A stretch of DNA of 64,000 bases from Patescibacteria group bacterium. GTDB taxonomy: Bacteria > Patescibacteriota > Microgenomatia > UBA8517. The stretch covers positions 78,047 through 142,046 of the forward strand of contig JAOAEL010000003.1 of assembly GCA_026416845.1 (NCBI GenBank), in the 5' to 3' direction. Below are positions 28,004 to 37,937 of this stretch, piece after piece (the first letter of the stretch is position 1; each line of letters begins with the position of its first letter). A program made the translations under genes and the position numbers. The notes beneath the pieces were generated by a model, which was given only the letters and a program-made list of their open reading frames with translations, had not been told where the DNA came from and made no database searches.

Positions 28004-29728
28004 TTAATTGTTTACCACCAATCTGCTTTTAAGCATTTTTTTGCCTGTTGAATGAGCCGCTTTGATAGCTTCAGCAAATCTGAATTTACTTCTGTCTTTA
28101 ATTGATTCAACGCCATAACTTACAAGCCCTCTTCCAAAACCAGTACCATATTGTCCTATAGCATCAGATGCCATACCATAACCAGCAATAGATTGTCCTA
28201 TTGCACTTCCATAAGCAAAAGGTTGACTAGATATTAAAGACTGAATAAATTCTACTACTTTTGGTGTCATTGCAACGCATGCATAGCTAGCAAAAAGCCA
28301 TAAAAGCGAGATTTGTTCTGATCCAAAAGTCATTGGAGGAGCCCACCCTGAAATTGCGCCTTCATTTCTAAACAGACTACCATTAACACCAAATCCAAAA
28401 AATCCTATCATAAGTGCATTGGGATTTGAGTTATTGAAAACTGGATTTAGGAAATTAAGAAGATCTCGCGAAAATGAATTATCTACAAAAAATGCTCCTG
28501 ATAAAAATATATAAGACATCATAAACAAAACTCCTACAGTAGGATAAACAGCCAAGTTTTGAATGATACTTGAAATCCATTTTCTGAATCCACCAAAACC
28601 TGGATAAACTGAGCCTATAAGTATTTGAAATGGCCCTAAAATAACAAGAAGCAATAAATTTGCGAAAGATTTTATTAATATCCATGATACTTTGAAAAAT
28701 ATAAAGAGCAGTGAAATGCTCAAAACTATTACTAGCACAACAAGTATTGGCTTAAAAAGACCAATAGATACAGATGTTGATAATATTGAAACAAGGTTTG
28801 CTTCTGGTGTGAACAAAACAAAAGAGTAAGCTGCTACAAAACTTTGGAAATAACCAAGCAAGAAACCAATCAAACCTAAACCTCCTGGACCATTAACAAG
28901 TACTTGATATATAGTTAAAGCTGGATTTTGGTTGTTAGACACAAATATGCCTGTTTGCGTAAATGTAATACTAATAAGGCCAATAATTATATACATTAAA
29001 TCTACCGCAAAACCTGCTATTGCATATGAAAAAGTTATCAAAATAAGAGTCTTAAAAACTGTCCATAAAGAAGATTGGACGGTAACAACTGCTTGCGGAG
29101 ATATTTGCATTCGAAACATTATCATAAAGGATAAAAATATAATGACTAAAACAATCAAAACATAAGTTACATCTCTTGCTGCTTGCCATAGACCTCGAAC
29201 TGGAGATAGCCCTCTAAAACCAGTCCCTTGAGAATCTGCTGCAGATTGCGCATAGACATTTGACAAACCAAATTTTTCAATAGAGTTTCTGATATAACCA
29301 ATACCTGAAACTGGACGATCTTGTGTTGTAGAAAATGCAATTACTTCAGCAGAACTTTTTACTCTTTCGGCTATTGACTTTTCGTTTAATGGAGTAGCAT
29401 CTGATATGGGGGTAAACATTCTAGCATACTCAGTTGCACAACCTGTTACATCAAAAGTTATATTGCAAGCTATTATTCTTTTAGGCAGTGGTATTAATTG
29501 AACTAAGGAATAAAAAATCCATTGGACCTGAGCAGCAGTGTACCTTTCTCCAAATATTTCTTGAGGGTTACTATCTTCATAAACTTTTATAAACCACTGA
29601 GGAAATGTTTGATCATACCAAGGACCCACTAACTGAGCATGAACTACCTTTGCGGATGGCAAAATATACAAAAAAGCAAATAAAATTAGCGGGAAAAAAA
29701 GTGATAAAAAAAACTTTTTGTTAAGCAT
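28004..29728 (-). CDS. Polytopic membrane protein, VirB6/TrbL-like candidate
   Basis: Signal peptide/TM (FFLSLFFPLILFAFLYILP), ~170-aa extracytoplasmic domain, then >=6 TM helices. Location in the VirB4 locus. No catalytic motif. Confidence 0.45.
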   Translation of the reverse strand: MLNKKFFLSLFFPLILFAFLYILPSAKVVHAQLVGPWYDQTFPQWFIKVYEDSNPQEIFGERYTAAQVQWIFYSLVQLIPLPKRIIACNITFDVTGCATEYARMFTPISDATPLNEKSIAERVKSSAEVIAFSTTQDRPVSGIGYIRNSIEKFGLSNVYAQSAADSQGTGFRGLSPVRGLWQAARDVTYVLIVLVIIFLSFMIMFRMQISPQAVVTVQSSLWTVFKTLILITFSYAIAGFAVDLMYIIIGLISITFTQTGIFVSNNQNPALTIYQVLVNGPGGLGLIGFLLGYFQSFVAAYSFVLFTPEANLVSILSTSVSIGLFKPILVVLVIVLSISLLFIFFKVSWILIKSFANLLLLVILGPFQILIGSVYPGFGGFRKWISSIIQNLAVYPTVGVLFMMSYIFLSGAFFVDNSFSRDLLNFLNPVFNNSNPNALMIGFFGFGVNGSLFRNEGAISGWAPPMTFGSEQISLLWLFASYACVAMTPKVVEFIQSLISSQPFAYGSAIGQSIAGYGMASDAIGQYGTGFGRGLVSYGVESIKDRSKFRFAEAIKAAHSTGKKMLKSRLVVNN

Positions 29729-29816
29729 AATAAGTAAAAAATTTAAATGTTACCTATTTTGCACTTAGTTTAAATTAAATGATAATTGAATATCATTAAT
29801 TTGTGCAAGAGCCAAA

Positions 29817-32800
29817 CTATCTTTTAATTTTTATTTGATAATATCGTAGTAAATTTTGACCTACAAATTGATCTGGTTCGGACGGAGGGAATTCTTCGAC
29901 TACTCCGTGAATTATTATTTCTTGATTTCTTACACTCGCATCATTATCTGCATTTGCCACAAAGTAATCTGATCTAATACTGTAAATTCTACTCCAATTG
30001 CCAGAAGGATATTTGTATGTGTAATAAATCATTTTATAATCGCCACCGGCCCAAAAAACGTGAATTCCTCCAAGACTGTCCACGCTTATTGATGGATCGC
30101 CCCATACATCTGTTGAATCTGATATTGTTTCTATGTTCCATTCGTTTTGTGAAGATCTAATATCTTTGGATGCTACATACACTCTGGAAAACCTTCTTTC
30201 TTGGCCAATATATCCAATATCTCTAAATGCTACGAAAACTTTTCCTGAAGAATAGGCATGATTTGGATTTGCGTAATCAAACGCTCCTCCTTTGCCTTCC
30301 ACTACCAAAGACTCAAGGTCAAATTGCTTGGTCCTTTCATTAAAATTCAAGAAAAATATGTCGCCTATACTTTTATTTGCTGCTCTTGCCCCTCCATATA
30401 CCAAAGATATTATTCCGTCATTGGAAACAGCTAAATCTGGTTTTTCTCTGCCGTATATTTTGTAAGGGGATGCTCTTCTTGGATCAGACCAACTATTGCC
30501 GTCGTCTGTGGAGTATGAGTACATTACAAAATTTGCGTTTTCATTTGTTGCTTCGTTCCAAACAACAACTGCCAAATCTCCAATTGCTGCCACTCTTGGA
30601 TGATTAATGCTTGGCCTGTTTGTTGCAACAACAATAGGATTTGTTTGTTCTGATATGGAATCAATGTTTGTCAGAGGAGCTTTTTTGAAAAGTATTGTTT
30701 TTGATTCATGAGTCCAAACATAGTAAAGTTTTGAATTTGCGATGTAATTATGTGTAGTTCTATAATCTGCTTGTACTCCATCTCCTTGTCCAACATTTAT
30801 TTGTGATTGTGGAAATCTTTGATCTGAAGATGGTTTGGTTCTCAAAATAGCATTTTTATCATAATTGTATGATAAGTAAGTATGTGTATCATTGGCAGAG
30901 ATTATTGGATTTTTTATGCCTGAAACTATGTTGGTTGATTCTTCTAAGCAAACATTTTCAGATTGTCTAGGTAAATTTGGCAAAATTTCAAACGTAATAT
31001 CTTCAGAAACTTCTTCGGGCATTGTTTGTTCAAACATCCACAAAGCATATATCATATTTGAAAGTAGTTGCTTGGCTGCGGGGCTTGTAACTATGCTTCC
31101 ATCTGTTACACCTCCGCCGTAGTTGGCTCCTTCTGTATTCAGATATATTGCCATTTTTGGATCTTTGCCTAACATAAAGGTAAAAAATTGCATTCTTTTT
31201 GTTGTTGTATTTTCTGAATCCGATTGTCTCCACTCTCTACCACCTTCAAGAATATCCTCCATACTTGCATTTTGTAATTGTCCAAGAAAATCCCTTACTA
31301 AACCTCTGTTTTGGTTAGGATGGGTATAGCTCCAATACCTTGCTCTACTTGATCTGGAGCTATTTTCTACGACTCTTTTTAAAACTTCTTGCAAAGTTTC
31401 ATCTGAACTGCCATAAATTTTTTGAAAGGTTAATTTATACTTTTTTCCTGTTTCTGTTGCCTGAAATCCAGCTACTTGAATAAGAAAATCTTCAGTTCTT
31501 CGGTTTTGATTGTCTACTGGACCTGTATAATAACAGAAATTGCTTATGCTCCATGCACTGTCTGTTCCACCCAAGTTAGATATAGAATTAGAATTTTCGC
31601 CATCGTCGCAATTGTAAAGGTAAGGATCGGGCCAATATGAGTTTCCTGTTTCGTACCAAATCCATGCAGTTGTCAAATACCTTCTGATCCTATCATAGTT
31701 TCTGGATAGCAATTCTCGCTCTGCATTTAACAATTCTGCTGTAGACCTTTTTGCATTTTCATTATTTACAATTTGATTATACAATTGCTGGTATCCTCTT
31801 ATAGTTTGGTTGTAGGTTGCTTCTCTTACCGGATCTGGCAATTTGTAATTTCTTATAATTTGAAGTATTTGCTCCCTTGTTATTTGATTTCCCGGAGGAG
31901 ATGGTTGTCTTGGGCTTGGATTTGGATTTGTGTTATTTTGATCAAGATCTGAACAAGACAAAATTTCTCTTGGTGCTCTTCTGTTTGAAGTTGACGCTGG
32001 GGGTATAAATCTTCCGCCAAATCCTTTTGGTCTCAAGCTGGTTTGTAAACCTTCCAAGAAGTAATGGTATATTCCACCTAAATGAGGGAAATATACATGG
32101 GCACTTGATGGGTCTATTCCACTTCTGAAGTCGCTTAGTCTTATTGTTGTATTTGAAGAGTAAGATGCATAACTTGCCCCCGGCATGTCCCAAAATTGAG
32201 TTATAAAACTGTCTTCGCCTAATTTTGGTAAAATTCTACGTAAAATACTTGTTGGTCCAGCAACTGTTCTTGACCATATAGAGTCTAAAAGAGGGACACG
32301 AGTGTTTACATCGATTGTATTTGGAATAGTATACGAACATGTTGTGCTTATTTCTTCTGGAGGTTCACATCCCCATCCACAAATATAATTCTCTCTACAT
32401 AAATTAAGAGAATTATCAAAACTTCCTTGACAGCTATAATTTGAAGGGGCACATGCTAAAGATCCTGAATTACTACATATTTCTAGAGATTGACAGTTTT
32501 GTTCAAAATGATTTCTGCAAGCATCTGTGGCATTTTCCAGTGGCAAAGGGAATGTACAACTTATTTGAGCTTTGTATGACAATGTTGCTTGAAATCCATC
32601 GGCAAATATTGTGTCTCCAAGTGGTCCATCTCTGTATTCCAAAGCTTGGCAAGCCCCAAAAAAATTGTTTGATATATCGGTATTCCCGCTTAAAAAGACA
32701 TCTCTGAACACATCTTTTTCTAATGCTGGAGCATTTTTGGGTAAGTCGTATGGAACATACATTGATTGCATTATTTCGCTTAATTCTTCGGATTGTTGCA

Positions 32801-34244
32801 AGTGTGGAATGTAAAGATTTGAGGAGAGCCTGTCTCCGGTTAAACTTCTTTCTGTGACTGTCACATTTTCTGGTTGTTCTTGTTCTTGATCAGTTGCTAT
32901 TTGCAAACTATATTCTCCTAATCTGTCTTCTGTTGATGCCATTGGAATATGTTGGAAAAACTCGTCATCTATTGATCTATTTGAAGGATTTTGAATTACG
33001 CTTTGTACTCCTGTTGTAGGATTATCGAAACAAAGAAAAACACCTACTCCTTGCAACCAAGTTGGCACAAGATTGCTTAAAGGTTCTCCTGCCTTAGGAA
33101 ACCTTATTTCACGACAACTTTGACCGCGCCACTCATTTAGATCTCGTACATATTCTGCCCATTCTCTTGTTCCATATTCTTCTTCTTTTGGTGGTATTGC
33201 ATTCCTTCTGGCCCAAAATCCAATTCTTAAGCCAGTTAATTGTGTTATTCCAAAGGTTTGGATTAACGTGTCAAAAATCCGATTACCTGTTGTTATATAA
33301 TTGCAAGGAACTGGAACATTGCCAATTATCATGTTATTAATTCTCATACTTATTATGCATATTATTACTTGGTTATGTCTGGGGGTTGGGTTGTTAAAAG
33401 ATGTTTGATTTTGAGAATTTCTCCCTTGCCCAACTAAGCCTGTTGCTTGTATTTGCCTTTCTCTTGCCAAATGCTGAATTCTTTGTGGAAGCATTTTGTT
33501 TAAAGGTCCAGAATAATCTATGACTTTTCTGAAAGAATCTGGATTTTCGGTAAAAAGTCCTGTTAATGCATTTATTATTCCCATGAAAGGATAGAAATAC
33601 TCAGCGCGATAGGTTACTCCGCCTAAGTACCATGTTAGGTAGTTGTTCATTTTTTGAGCATGATCGATTTCTTCGAAAAGACTGAAAAGATTTGTGTTTC
33701 TTGCGTTTCTTACATTTTGTGTGTTTCCCAAAACTGGCAAATCCAAAGCATCGAGATCGATAGAGATTTGTCTTTCTCTGTTAATATCAAAATTGCAGTT
33801 TTGAGCCAAATTTTCCTCTGTGCATCTTGTTGGGCTTATTTGAGTTGCACCTTGATTGTTTGGTGATAAGATCTGAAATCTTCCTGTTTCAAATTGAAAA
33901 TTTATTTGCACGGTATCTTCCAAAATTATGTCGTTTCCGCAAAAAAGAGCTATTTGCGATTGAGGTGTGTTGTTTGGTAAACAAGGACTTGCCTGATAAG
34001 GTCTCATAGAGTGGAATTCTTCTAACGGGTGACTTGAAAAGAATAGATTTATTGTCGAATTTAAAGGTCTAACTTGGTTGCATGGTACGTTGGGTGTTGG
34101 CATGGCGTTTTGAATTGCGTTTTGGGTTGGTGTGATTGCCGGACTTTGTGCCAAAGTTAGTTTGGTTGATAAAAATAAAAACAAAAAACCATAAAACAAA
34201 TTTGTGAAAAATAAGAAAAAAGCCAAGAATTTTCGAGTGTGCAT
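29817..34244 (-). CDS. Giant secreted Cys-rich surface protein (1475 aa) with a C-terminal BNR/Asp-box repeat
   Basis: N-terminal signal peptide (FLAFFLFFTNLFYGFLFLFLSTKLTLAQSP). Many Cys pairs (CGWGCEPPEE, CSNSGSLACAPSNYSCQGS). One Asp-box match S-x-D-x-G-x-(S/T)-W (TDDGNSWSDP) near the C-terminus. GC above local background. Confidence 0.55.
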   Translation of the reverse strand: MHTRKFLAFFLFFTNLFYGFLFLFLSTKLTLAQSPAITPTQNAIQNAMPTPNVPCNQVRPLNSTINLFFSSHPLEEFHSMRPYQASPCLPNNTPQSQIALFCGNDIILEDTVQINFQFETGRFQILSPNNQGATQISPTRCTEENLAQNCNFDINRERQISIDLDALDLPVLGNTQNVRNARNTNLFSLFEEIDHAQKMNNYLTWYLGGVTYRAEYFYPFMGIINALTGLFTENPDSFRKVIDYSGPLNKMLPQRIQHLARERQIQATGLVGQGRNSQNQTSFNNPTPRHNQVIICIISMRINNMIIGNVPVPCNYITTGNRIFDTLIQTFGITQLTGLRIGFWARRNAIPPKEEEYGTREWAEYVRDLNEWRGQSCREIRFPKAGEPLSNLVPTWLQGVGVFLCFDNPTTGVQSVIQNPSNRSIDDEFFQHIPMASTEDRLGEYSLQIATDQEQEQPENVTVTERSLTGDRLSSNLYIPHLQQSEELSEIMQSMYVPYDLPKNAPALEKDVFRDVFLSGNTDISNNFFGACQALEYRDGPLGDTIFADGFQATLSYKAQISCTFPLPLENATDACRNHFEQNCQSLEICSNSGSLACAPSNYSCQGSFDNSLNLCRENYICGWGCEPPEEISTTCSYTIPNTIDVNTRVPLLDSIWSRTVAGPTSILRRILPKLGEDSFITQFWDMPGASYASYSSNTTIRLSDFRSGIDPSSAHVYFPHLGGIYHYFLEGLQTSLRPKGFGGRFIPPASTSNRRAPREILSCSDLDQNNTNPNPSPRQPSPPGNQITREQILQIIRNYKLPDPVREATYNQTIRGYQQLYNQIVNNENAKRSTAELLNAERELLSRNYDRIRRYLTTAWIWYETGNSYWPDPYLYNCDDGENSNSISNLGGTDSAWSISNFCYYTGPVDNQNRRTEDFLIQVAGFQATETGKKYKLTFQKIYGSSDETLQEVLKRVVENSSRSSRARYWSYTHPNQNRGLVRDFLGQLQNASMEDILEGGREWRQSDSENTTTKRMQFFTFMLGKDPKMAIYLNTEGANYGGGVTDGSIVTSPAAKQLLSNMIYALWMFEQTMPEEVSEDITFEILPNLPRQSENVCLEESTNIVSGIKNPIISANDTHTYLSYNYDKNAILRTKPSSDQRFPQSQINVGQGDGVQADYRTTHNYIANSKLYYVWTHESKTILFKKAPLTNIDSISEQTNPIVVATNRPSINHPRVAAIGDLAVVVWNEATNENANFVMYSYSTDDGNSWSDPRRASPYKIYGREKPDLAVSNDGIISLVYGGARAANKSIGDIFFLNFNERTKQFDLESLVVEGKGGAFDYANPNHAYSSGKVFVAFRDIGYIGQERRFSRVYVASKDIRSSQNEWNIETISDSTDVWGDPSISVDSLGGIHVFWAGGDYKMIYYTYKYPSGNWSRIYSIRSDYFVANADNDASVRNQEIIIHGVVEEFPPSEPDQFVGQNLLRYYQIKIKR

Positions 34245-34268
34245 ATACTAAAAACTTAAATTATCATT

Positions 34269-34655
34269 TTATCTGCTTGGTCCTCCTGGTCTGGTATCTC
34301 TTCTTTGAGTTTCCCATTCAGGGCAAGGATTTATTCCATTATATATTCTAAAGCTTGTGATTGTATTTCCTGCTCCTGTGAATGTTGCGATTAAATTTAT
34401 TATAAAAAACGAAAGCACAATAACTACAAGTCCTCCAATAGCATAAGTTAGAGTGCTTTTTGCCTGCTCGACTTTTTGAGAGTTTCCTTCAGATGTTATG
34501 TATTTAAAGCCTCCTATTATTAGATATATAAAAAGTACAATTCCTGCGAATCCCAAAACGTAGCTTAAAATAGTTCCAAATATGTATTCAAGTTGACAGA
34601 GTTGAGCTGCTTCTCTTGTTTGTGTTTGTGCTTTTACTAAACCTGAAAAAAACAT
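34269..34655 (-). CDS. Small two-helix membrane protein, VirB2/TrbC-type pilin-like candidate
   Basis: 128 aa with two long hydrophobic helices (FGTILSYVLGFAGIVLFIYLIIGGF; IGGLVVIVLSFFIINLIATFTG) separated by a short polar loop. First gene of the operon with the 1475-aa protein and the VirB6-like protein. Confidence 0.4.
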   Translation of the reverse strand: MFFSGLVKAQTQTREAAQLCQLEYIFGTILSYVLGFAGIVLFIYLIIGGFKYITSEGNSQKVEQAKSTLTYAIGGLVVIVLSFFIINLIATFTGAGNTITSFRIYNGINPCPEWETQRRDTRPGGPSR

Positions 34656-34760
34656 ATCATTTTTAATTTATTCTAAAACATGTTTCATTTATTATACACA
34701 TTCGTATGAATTATTTTTTTATTAAATTTAAAATATGATACAATTAATTGCCTGAAATTT

Positions 34761-35363
34761 ATGATTGACAAAACCGTTTATTTTTTAGCGGTTATATTTT
34801 TACTTTTTGTTTTTTTGGCACGCGGTGTTTTTGCTTCGGAAGGCGTGATTGAACTTAATAGTGTTACAGACGATAATCATAAATGTTTTGTTTCTTCTAT
34901 TTTAATGCAAGACTTAAATTTTTTACTTGCTGTGACATGCCGGAATTTATTATATCCCGGAGACAATAGCGTATCTAAGTATTCATTGTGGTCAGTGCCT
35001 CTTGACAACAATGCTTCTCCAGTCAAGCTTGCCGATCTTGGTTGGGGAAGGGTAGAGGTTCGTACTAATGTGCCTTTTAAAGAGCTTTATGTGGTTTCTG
35101 AAAAACAATTTCCAGGTCAGAAATCTGATCAAAAAATTGTTATGAGAGGGGTGGTAAAACCTTTGTCTTTTCTTCTAAACCCCGGAACTCCCACTCCGAC
35201 TCCTTTAGGTTTTTCTGATGTTAATTTTGCCAGTCAAAATAACACAATTGAAAGTTTGAGGGATAAAGTAATAAAATCTTTTCAAAATGCAGGTGTTGCC
35301 ATTTTTTTGATTGTTTTAATTTTTTTGGTTCTGATTTTTGTTGTTTTTAAATCAAAAGGCTAA
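34761..35363 (+). CDS. Hypothetical secreted protein with a C-terminal membrane anchor
   Basis: N-terminal signal (VYFLAVIFLLFVFLARGVFASEG) and C-terminal TM (VAIFLIVLIFLVLIFVVF) followed by KSKG. Confidence 0.45.
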   Translation: MIDKTVYFLAVIFLLFVFLARGVFASEGVIELNSVTDDNHKCFVSSILMQDLNFLLAVTCRNLLYPGDNSVSKYSLWSVPLDNNASPVKLADLGWGRVEVRTNVPFKELYVVSEKQFPGQKSDQKIVMRGVVKPLSFLLNPGTPTPTPLGFSDVNFASQNNTIESLRDKVIKSFQNAGVAIFLIVLIFLVLIFVVFKSKG

Positions 35364-35410
35364 TTTTTGATTTTAAACCACACATTGTTTTAGTTTTTGT
35401 TTTTTTGCTT

Positions 35411-35438
35411 TTGAAAGACGCGCGACATGTGTTATATT
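35411..35438 (+). promoter_or_regulatory. Candidate sigma70 promoter upstream of cassette copy 1
   Basis: TTGAAA (35411-35416), 16-nt spacer, TATATT (35433-35438), about 40 nt upstream of the 35478 ORF. Confidence 0.3.
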
Positions 35439-35477
35439 ATTAATTAGTTAATAATTCAATCTGTACAAAAAATATTT

Positions 35478-35924
35478 TTGTTTTTTAAAAGTGACTTTTT
35501 ATTTATGGAGGAGGATCTTTTTGGCCCAGATTACCAAAATTTGAACAAAAAGCTTCAAAAAATGATGCCAGATCCTGTAGCTCATAAAAGAACGGAAAAA
35601 CAGGTAAGAGAAGTTTTACGTTTTTTTCAATCTTCGGAAGGTCAAAAAATGCTTTCAAAATTGAAACCTTTAGAACATGAAACTTTGTTTGTTCGCTATA
35701 CTGGTTGCCAAGATATACAGGGAGAAGTTGAAAAATGGAGAGAAACTTTGGGTGAGGATTTTGAATCTTTAGCACTAAAATATCCAGAAAACTTTAGAGA
35801 ATTTTTAAGAGTTACAGGTGTAGGGACAATTTATGGTTATGAAGCTTATTCTCCTGTTCCTATTCCAAAGAGTGTTTATGCGGAACTTGGTTTAACTTTT
35901 GAAGAAAAAAGTGGTAGAGGTTAA
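35478..35924 (+). CDS. Small conserved protein, copy 1 (paralog of 37938-38219). Shared motif TGC(Q/R)xIQ ... G(T/E)IYG(Y/F)EA.
   Basis: 148 aa. The segment YTGCQDIQGEVEKWRETLGEDFESLALKYPENFREFLRVTGVGTIYGYEA aligns to the paralog segment STGCRHIQEVIARIEKAGFSLEEFKGTNAYEELLRTVQTGEIYGFEA. Confidence 0.4.
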   Translation: MFFKSDFLFMEEDLFGPDYQNLNKKLQKMMPDPVAHKRTEKQVREVLRFFQSSEGQKMLSKLKPLEHETLFVRYTGCQDIQGEVEKWRETLGEDFESLALKYPENFREFLRVTGVGTIYGYEAYSPVPIPKSVYAELGLTFEEKSGRG

Positions 35925-35935
35925 TTTGTCATCAA

Positions 35936-36784
35936 ATGCAAATAAAAAACGATGTTGCCAAATTTATGCAAGAATCAAATTTAAGCTTGTTTCAGCTTTT
36001 GCTAGTTGTTTCTTGTGAAGAAAAGCAAAAAATTTCACCTTTCTTCCCCATAAATAGTTTGGGAACAATTTGTTATTTGATAATCTATACAATTTATGGC
36101 CAAGATTTGGCTTCTCATGCTTTGAGTCAACTTAGAACTGCGTTTGACTTTGTGAATGATTGTGATTGTGCAATAGAAAAAGGCAATTTTGATATTTCAA
36201 AATTTAGAAATCATGAAGCTTTAGAAAAATTGCGAAAAAGTTTACCTACAACCTTTTTTTCTTCTGTTGTCGAAAGGTTGGCAACACAATCTTTGCCAAT
36301 GTTTGTGAATAACAATAAGTATTATAGTTTTAAAATTGCTAACAACATGCCTTTTGTTTTTGAAGATATTTTAAATTACTTGCAAATAAAATCTGCTGAT
36401 GCTTTTTTATATAGCGCTATAATAGAAGGCATTGCTCCAGATTATATTTCGTATATTCAGCCGTTTTTGTACAGTGTTTGGCAGATGAATGATTTTGTTG
36501 ATGATTGCATAGATTACAATGATGATATTAAAAATAAACAGCCAAATGCTTTTAAAATGATTGAAAATTTGTACCCAAAAGAAGGAGATATATTTGAGTA
36601 TGCCAAAAATTTTTTATCTAAGCTAGAAAGTGAAATTTTGAAAAATAAATTGCCGGAAGAGTTGAGTTATTTGTTAGGCATATCAGAAATTTTTAAAAAG
36701 GCAGGCTTTTCAGTAATTGAAGAATTGAAAAATCAATTTCAAAATAAAAATCAAAATTTTGCGGCTTGTGTTAATCTTGCTTAA
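35936..36784 (+). CDS. ~280-aa all-helical protein with an acidic DDxIDYxDD motif, copy 1 (paralog of 38278-39084). Possibly of the isoprenoid-synthase-like fold.
   Basis: Aligns along its length with the 268-aa paralog, e.g. FRNHEALEKL/FRNHEAKLKL, YSFKIANNMPF/YQYKIANNLPF, IKSADAFLYSAIIEGIAPDYIS/IKSADSYIYGAILEGMIPDYIS and WQMNDFVDDCIDYNDDIKNKQPNAFKMIENL/WQINDLVDDFIDYDDDKKDNQPNALSMIENL. Confidence 0.5.
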   Translation: MQIKNDVAKFMQESNLSLFQLLLVVSCEEKQKISPFFPINSLGTICYLIIYTIYGQDLASHALSQLRTAFDFVNDCDCAIEKGNFDISKFRNHEALEKLRKSLPTTFFSSVVERLATQSLPMFVNNNKYYSFKIANNMPFVFEDILNYLQIKSADAFLYSAIIEGIAPDYISYIQPFLYSVWQMNDFVDDCIDYNDDIKNKQPNAFKMIENLYPKEGDIFEYAKNFLSKLESEILKNKLPEELSYLLGISEIFKKAGFSVIEELKNQFQNKNQNFAACVNLA

Positions 36785-36798
36785 GTTTAAGCAAGATT
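36773..36798 (+). terminator. Perfect 12-bp inverted repeat (aatcttgcttaa-gt-ttaagcaagatt) overlapping the stop codon of the 35936-36784 gene. Possible terminator or processing hairpin.
   Basis: Seen directly in the sequence. Not followed by a clean T-tract. Confidence 0.35.
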
Positions 36799-37205
36799 AC
36801 AGAAATTTATATTTATTGAACTGATTTTGATAAACTTTGAAAGTAAATTTTCAATAAAGTAAAAATATTGCGTTATTTTTATGCAGGTTTTTAATTATTT
36901 AGTAATTAAAATAAAAAAGGTATAAATTAAACAAAAAAATAACAAAGTAAAAACTCTAAACATCCTCAAGAAACCAATTTTAGTTTTACAAAAAAACTTA
37001 AAAGCTTTTAATTTAAAACTAAATATTTGGTTTGTTTTTTGCAAATAGTTTTAGATTAAGAAAATCTGGTTTTTATTCGCAATAGTAAAATAATGTATGT
37101 AAATTTTCTTATTTGGTTTGTATAGCTTAAAATTTTGATAAAGATAAAAATTTAGGTAGTTTTGTAAATTTTTGGTTTTAAAAGTGTTTTGATATAAAAA
37201 ATTAA

Positions 37206-37727
37206 ATGAGAATATCTAAAAAATTTTTTACACGAGATGTTTTAGAAGTTGCTCCAGATCTGCTTGGCAAGTTTATTTGCAGAAAATTTAAAGATGGTTC
37301 TATCCAGAGAAATTTTATTGTTGAGGTTGAGGCCTACAGAGGAGAGGAAGATATGGCTTGTCATGCTAGGTTTGGAAAAACCAGACGTAATCAGGTGATG
37401 TATGAGGAGGGAGGTAAAATCTATGTCTACCTGATTTATGGCATGTATTGGATGCTTAATATAGTTACAGGCGGTAAGGCAGATCCTCAAGCCGTTTTGA
37501 TAAGGGGAGTTGAAGATTTAACTGGTCCCGGTAGAGTTGGGAAGTGGCTTTTGCTGGATAAGAGTTTTTATGGCGAAGATGTTACGACAAGTAAGCGTTT
37601 ATGGATTGAGCAAGGGAGTATTTTTGGCAAATTTTTTGTAAAACAAACTTCCAGAATTGGGGTAGATTATGCAGGAGAGTGGGCTAAAAAACCGTGGCGT
37701 TTTGTGCTGGTGGAAAGAAGAAAGTGA
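37206..37727 (+). CDS. mpg: DNA-3-methyladenine glycosylase (Mpg/AAG family)
   Basis: FFTRDVLEVAPDLLGK..VEVEAYRGEEDMACHARFGKTRRNQVMYEEGGKIYVYLIYGMYWMLNIV..AVLIRGVE..GPGRV matches Pfam 3-MeA glycosylase (AAG) motifs. GC content is clearly higher than in flanking DNA. Confidence 0.8.
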   Translation: MRISKKFFTRDVLEVAPDLLGKFICRKFKDGSIQRNFIVEVEAYRGEEDMACHARFGKTRRNQVMYEEGGKIYVYLIYGMYWMLNIVTGGKADPQAVLIRGVEDLTGPGRVGKWLLLDKSFYGEDVTTSKRLWIEQGSIFGKFFVKQTSRIGVDYAGEWAKKPWRFVLVERRK

Positions 37728-37937
37728 ACTTGCTTGTAAACAGAAAAAGCTAGCCTATACTAGTTTTACAGATTGACTTACCAATTGCTTGTCCTAGATT
37801 TAAGAGCATGAATTTTTGAAAGCGTTTTATTTTTTATCTTTTTTTGCTCTAGTGCTAGAAGGTTCACACGAGCTTTCACTTGTAGTGTGGTTTCTTGTGT
37901 ATGTATAATTTGAAAAAGACACTTGACTTAGAATTTT

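Noticed and set aside
36785-37205. 420-bp AT-rich spacer between cassette copy 1 and mpg, as a possible ncRNA
   Set aside because: No conserved ncRNA motif or stable extended structure was recognised beyond the 12-bp hairpin at the upstream gene's stop. It is more likely a promoter or leader, or an insertion scar next to the acquired mpg gene.
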